From: a virus
Lineage: Duplodnaviria > Caudoviricetes
Virus record (IMG/VR): IMGVR_UViG_3300042892_002922
Coordinates: 128,001-192,000 of that record
Strand: one strand, 5' to 3'
Length of the DNA stretch: 64,000 bases
The translations under genes and the position numbers were made by a program. How positions within the stretch are numbered: the first letter of the stretch is position 1; the number at the start of each line of letters is the position of its first letter. The notes under the pieces are model-generated. The model made no database searches, was not told the DNA's origin, and worked only from the letters and a program-made list of their open reading frames with translations. Below, in pieces: positions 62,171 to 64,000 of the stretch.

Positions 62171-63235
62171 ATGAGAAAATTTCCAGTAGAACTAAAAATG
62201 TACGATACAACGTATGGTACGGATATCCCATCAGAACAATTATTTTTACTTTATTTTGATTCTGTGGTCTCAAAAGAGACGGGTAAAGAATATTATAACC
62301 CATTTGTTTTTACGCACTTTACGGAGAATGGTTTTGAAATTGAATGTCGTAATGTTAGAAATCGTAGACATGACACCTATAATGATAATCTTTTAGTACA
62401 CAAGGAAAAAGAGATTATGATTAAGATTTCTAGCTGTTCAGAAAAAGATCCTGACTTATACCAAATAGAGTTTTTCTACAACATTAAAAAGGGTAAAAGG
62501 GATGAGCAATTCTCTTTTTTAGATTTGAAAAAATACGAAAAGAAAAAAATTAAAGCAAACATTTCGTTGGTTAAAAGTGAGATGGGACATTTAGAAACGC
62601 AAGATTATGATTTACCAATACCAGATATTGATTTGGGATTAAACTACGGTAAAGATTTCTTAAAGGTTCACGATGTTATTATTGAAAAGCTAAATAAACC
62701 AAGAGGGAAGGGTATTATTTTATTACATGGTGAACCAGGTACTGGTAAAACATCTTATCTAAAATACATTACTAAGTTAATAACCGAAAAGGATATTTTA
62801 TTTATTCCGCCATCATTAGCTGAAGCGTTGTCTGAACCATCAATCATACCATTCTTAATGGAACATCGTGACAGTATTTTAGTAATTGAAGATGCTGAAC
62901 GCGTAATCTCAGATAGAGAGGGTAATGGTTCTCCGGCCGGTGTGTCTAATGTTTTAAACATAACAGACGGTATTTTGGGTGATTGTTTGAACATTCAAAT
63001 AATTGCAACGTTTAACATGAAAAGAGAACGTATTGACCAAGCATTACTAAGAAAAGGTAGATTAATTGCTGAACATAAATTTGAGAAACTAGCAATTGAG
63101 GATACAAACAATTTATTAAAGCATCTAAAAAAAGATATTGTTTCAGAAGAAGCAATGACACTTGCGGATATATATAATATAGACATCGAACTTATCAAAT
63201 CAACAAATAAAAATACAAGTAAAATAGGATTTTAA
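62171..63235 (+). CDS. AAA+ ATPase
   Basis: Walker A LLHGEPGTGKT, Walker B LVIEDAE, IATFN and DQALLRKGRL motifs. Confidence 0.9.
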   Translation: MRKFPVELKMYDTTYGTDIPSEQLFLLYFDSVVSKETGKEYYNPFVFTHFTENGFEIECRNVRNRRHDTYNDNLLVHKEKEIMIKISSCSEKDPDLYQIEFFYNIKKGKRDEQFSFLDLKKYEKKKIKANISLVKSEMGHLETQDYDLPIPDIDLGLNYGKDFLKVHDVIIEKLNKPRGKGIILLHGEPGTGKTSYLKYITKLITEKDILFIPPSLAEALSEPSIIPFLMEHRDSILVIEDAERVISDREGNGSPAGVSNVLNITDGILGDCLNIQIIATFNMKRERIDQALLRKGRLIAEHKFEKLAIEDTNNLLKHLKKDIVSEEAMTLADIYNIDIELIKSTNKNTSKIGF

Positions 63236-63541
63236 ATGAAATTAATAACAGCAGAACAATTAAAAACAAAATTAAATAACGGCGAAAAATTACTAGTGGA
63301 CTTTTACGCTGAATGGTGTGGGCCCTGCAAGTCGTTAATGCCTAGATTAGAAATATTAGAACAAGAATTTTCACATATTCAATTTGTTAAAATAGATGTT
63401 GACCAAAATCAATCGTATATGGCGGAGAGCGGTATTAGGTCTGTCCCAACAGTTAAGATTTATGATGGTGAAACGTTAATCAATCAATCTGCTGGGGCAA
63501 ATCCAGATAAGTTTTATATAGAACATTTGGAAAAACTTTAA
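63236..63541 (+). CDS. trxA: Thioredoxin
   Basis: VDFYAEWCGPCK and IRSVPT motifs. Confidence 0.93.
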   Translation: MKLITAEQLKTKLNNGEKLLVDFYAEWCGPCKSLMPRLEILEQEFSHIQFVKIDVDQNQSYMAESGIRSVPTVKIYDGETLINQSAGANPDKFYIEHLEKL

Positions 63542-63543
63542 TT

Positions 63544-63816
63544 ATGTATACAGTTAATATTTTTACATTAAATGGGTGTAGTCACTGCGTTGAATTAAAA
63601 AAAATGTTAAAGGAAAACAATATCACATTTAACGAACTTGAAATTTCACAACATAAATCAACTTTTGATGAGATTGTTAAATTAACTGGTAAAAACTCAT
63701 TACCAACAACATATTTACAAAATCCTGAAACAGGTGCCGGACCAATTTTTGTTCCTGGGAGAGATTATCAGAGCAAAGAAGAACTACTAGAAAAGATACT
63801 AAAATACATTAATTAA
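63544..63816 (+). CDS. Glutaredoxin / NrdH-like redoxin
   Basis: IFTLNGCSHC and SLPT motifs. Confidence 0.85.
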   Translation: MYTVNIFTLNGCSHCVELKKMLKENNITFNELEISQHKSTFDEIVKLTGKNSLPTTYLQNPETGAGPIFVPGRDYQSKEELLEKILKYIN

Positions 63817-63829
63817 GATTATTTTAATA

Positions 63830-63855
63830 AAGGGGATGAAAAATCCCCTTTTTTT
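63830..63855 (+). terminator. Rho-independent terminator
   Basis: AAGGGGAT-GAAAA-ATCCCCTT followed by a T tract. Confidence 0.85.
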
Positions 63856-63904
63856 ATGTCAAGAAACATAATAAAAGTATTTATGTTAAAGTACCTAGAC
63901 ATAA

Positions 63905-64000
63905 ATGGCTTTACAACAGATAAATTGGTTACAAATTGATACAGCAAACGTCCCATCGGGGTCGATTGTTGATTTGGGGGCTATCTCCGGAGCATTGCAT
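63905..64000 (+). CDS. 3'-truncated probable virion protein
   Basis: MALQQINWLQIDTANVPSGSIVDLGAISGALH is open to the window edge; TATTTAT at 63878. Confidence 0.6.
   Translation, partial: MALQQINWLQIDTANVPSGSIVDLGAISGALH

Noticed and set aside
1-64000. Stop-codon reassignment
   Set aside because: Conserved genes are full length in the standard code, and genes pack tightly using TAA, TAG and TGA stops.

Overview
AT-rich, gene-dense 64 kb segment of a large myovirus-like phage genome, read in the standard genetic code and almost entirely on the + strand. It holds four kinds of module. (1) A T4-like replication and recombination block: gp32-like SSB, RecA/UvsX, 5'-3' exonuclease, DnaB, class Ia nrdB/nrdA, RuvC-like resolvase, primase, PD-(D/E)XK nuclease and SbcD/SbcC. 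(2) A 26 kb baseplate/tail block with gp25-like and gp6-like wedge proteins and huge Thr/Pro-repeat adhesin-like proteins. (3) Probable lysis and internal-head genes. (4) Host-like regulators: a sigma-70 factor, NusG, ClpP, a histone-H1-like protein, thioredoxin and glutaredoxin. Several features point to a Bacteroidota host, by inference. No tRNA, CRISPR array, intron, intein, integrase or reverse transcriptase was seen. The most unusual observations are: a zinc-ribbon gene whose predicted transcript has a structured leader and is closed by a 14-15 bp 5'-3' panhandle; a stand-alone ~77 nt small RNA with its own promoter and terminator; mucin-like stalk proteins punctuated by Cys-containing modules; a pervasive [S/T]-G-x-T motif confined to virion proteins; and an SbcC that appears to carry the SbcD C-terminal domain. 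All family assignments come from motif recognition by eye, not from database searches.
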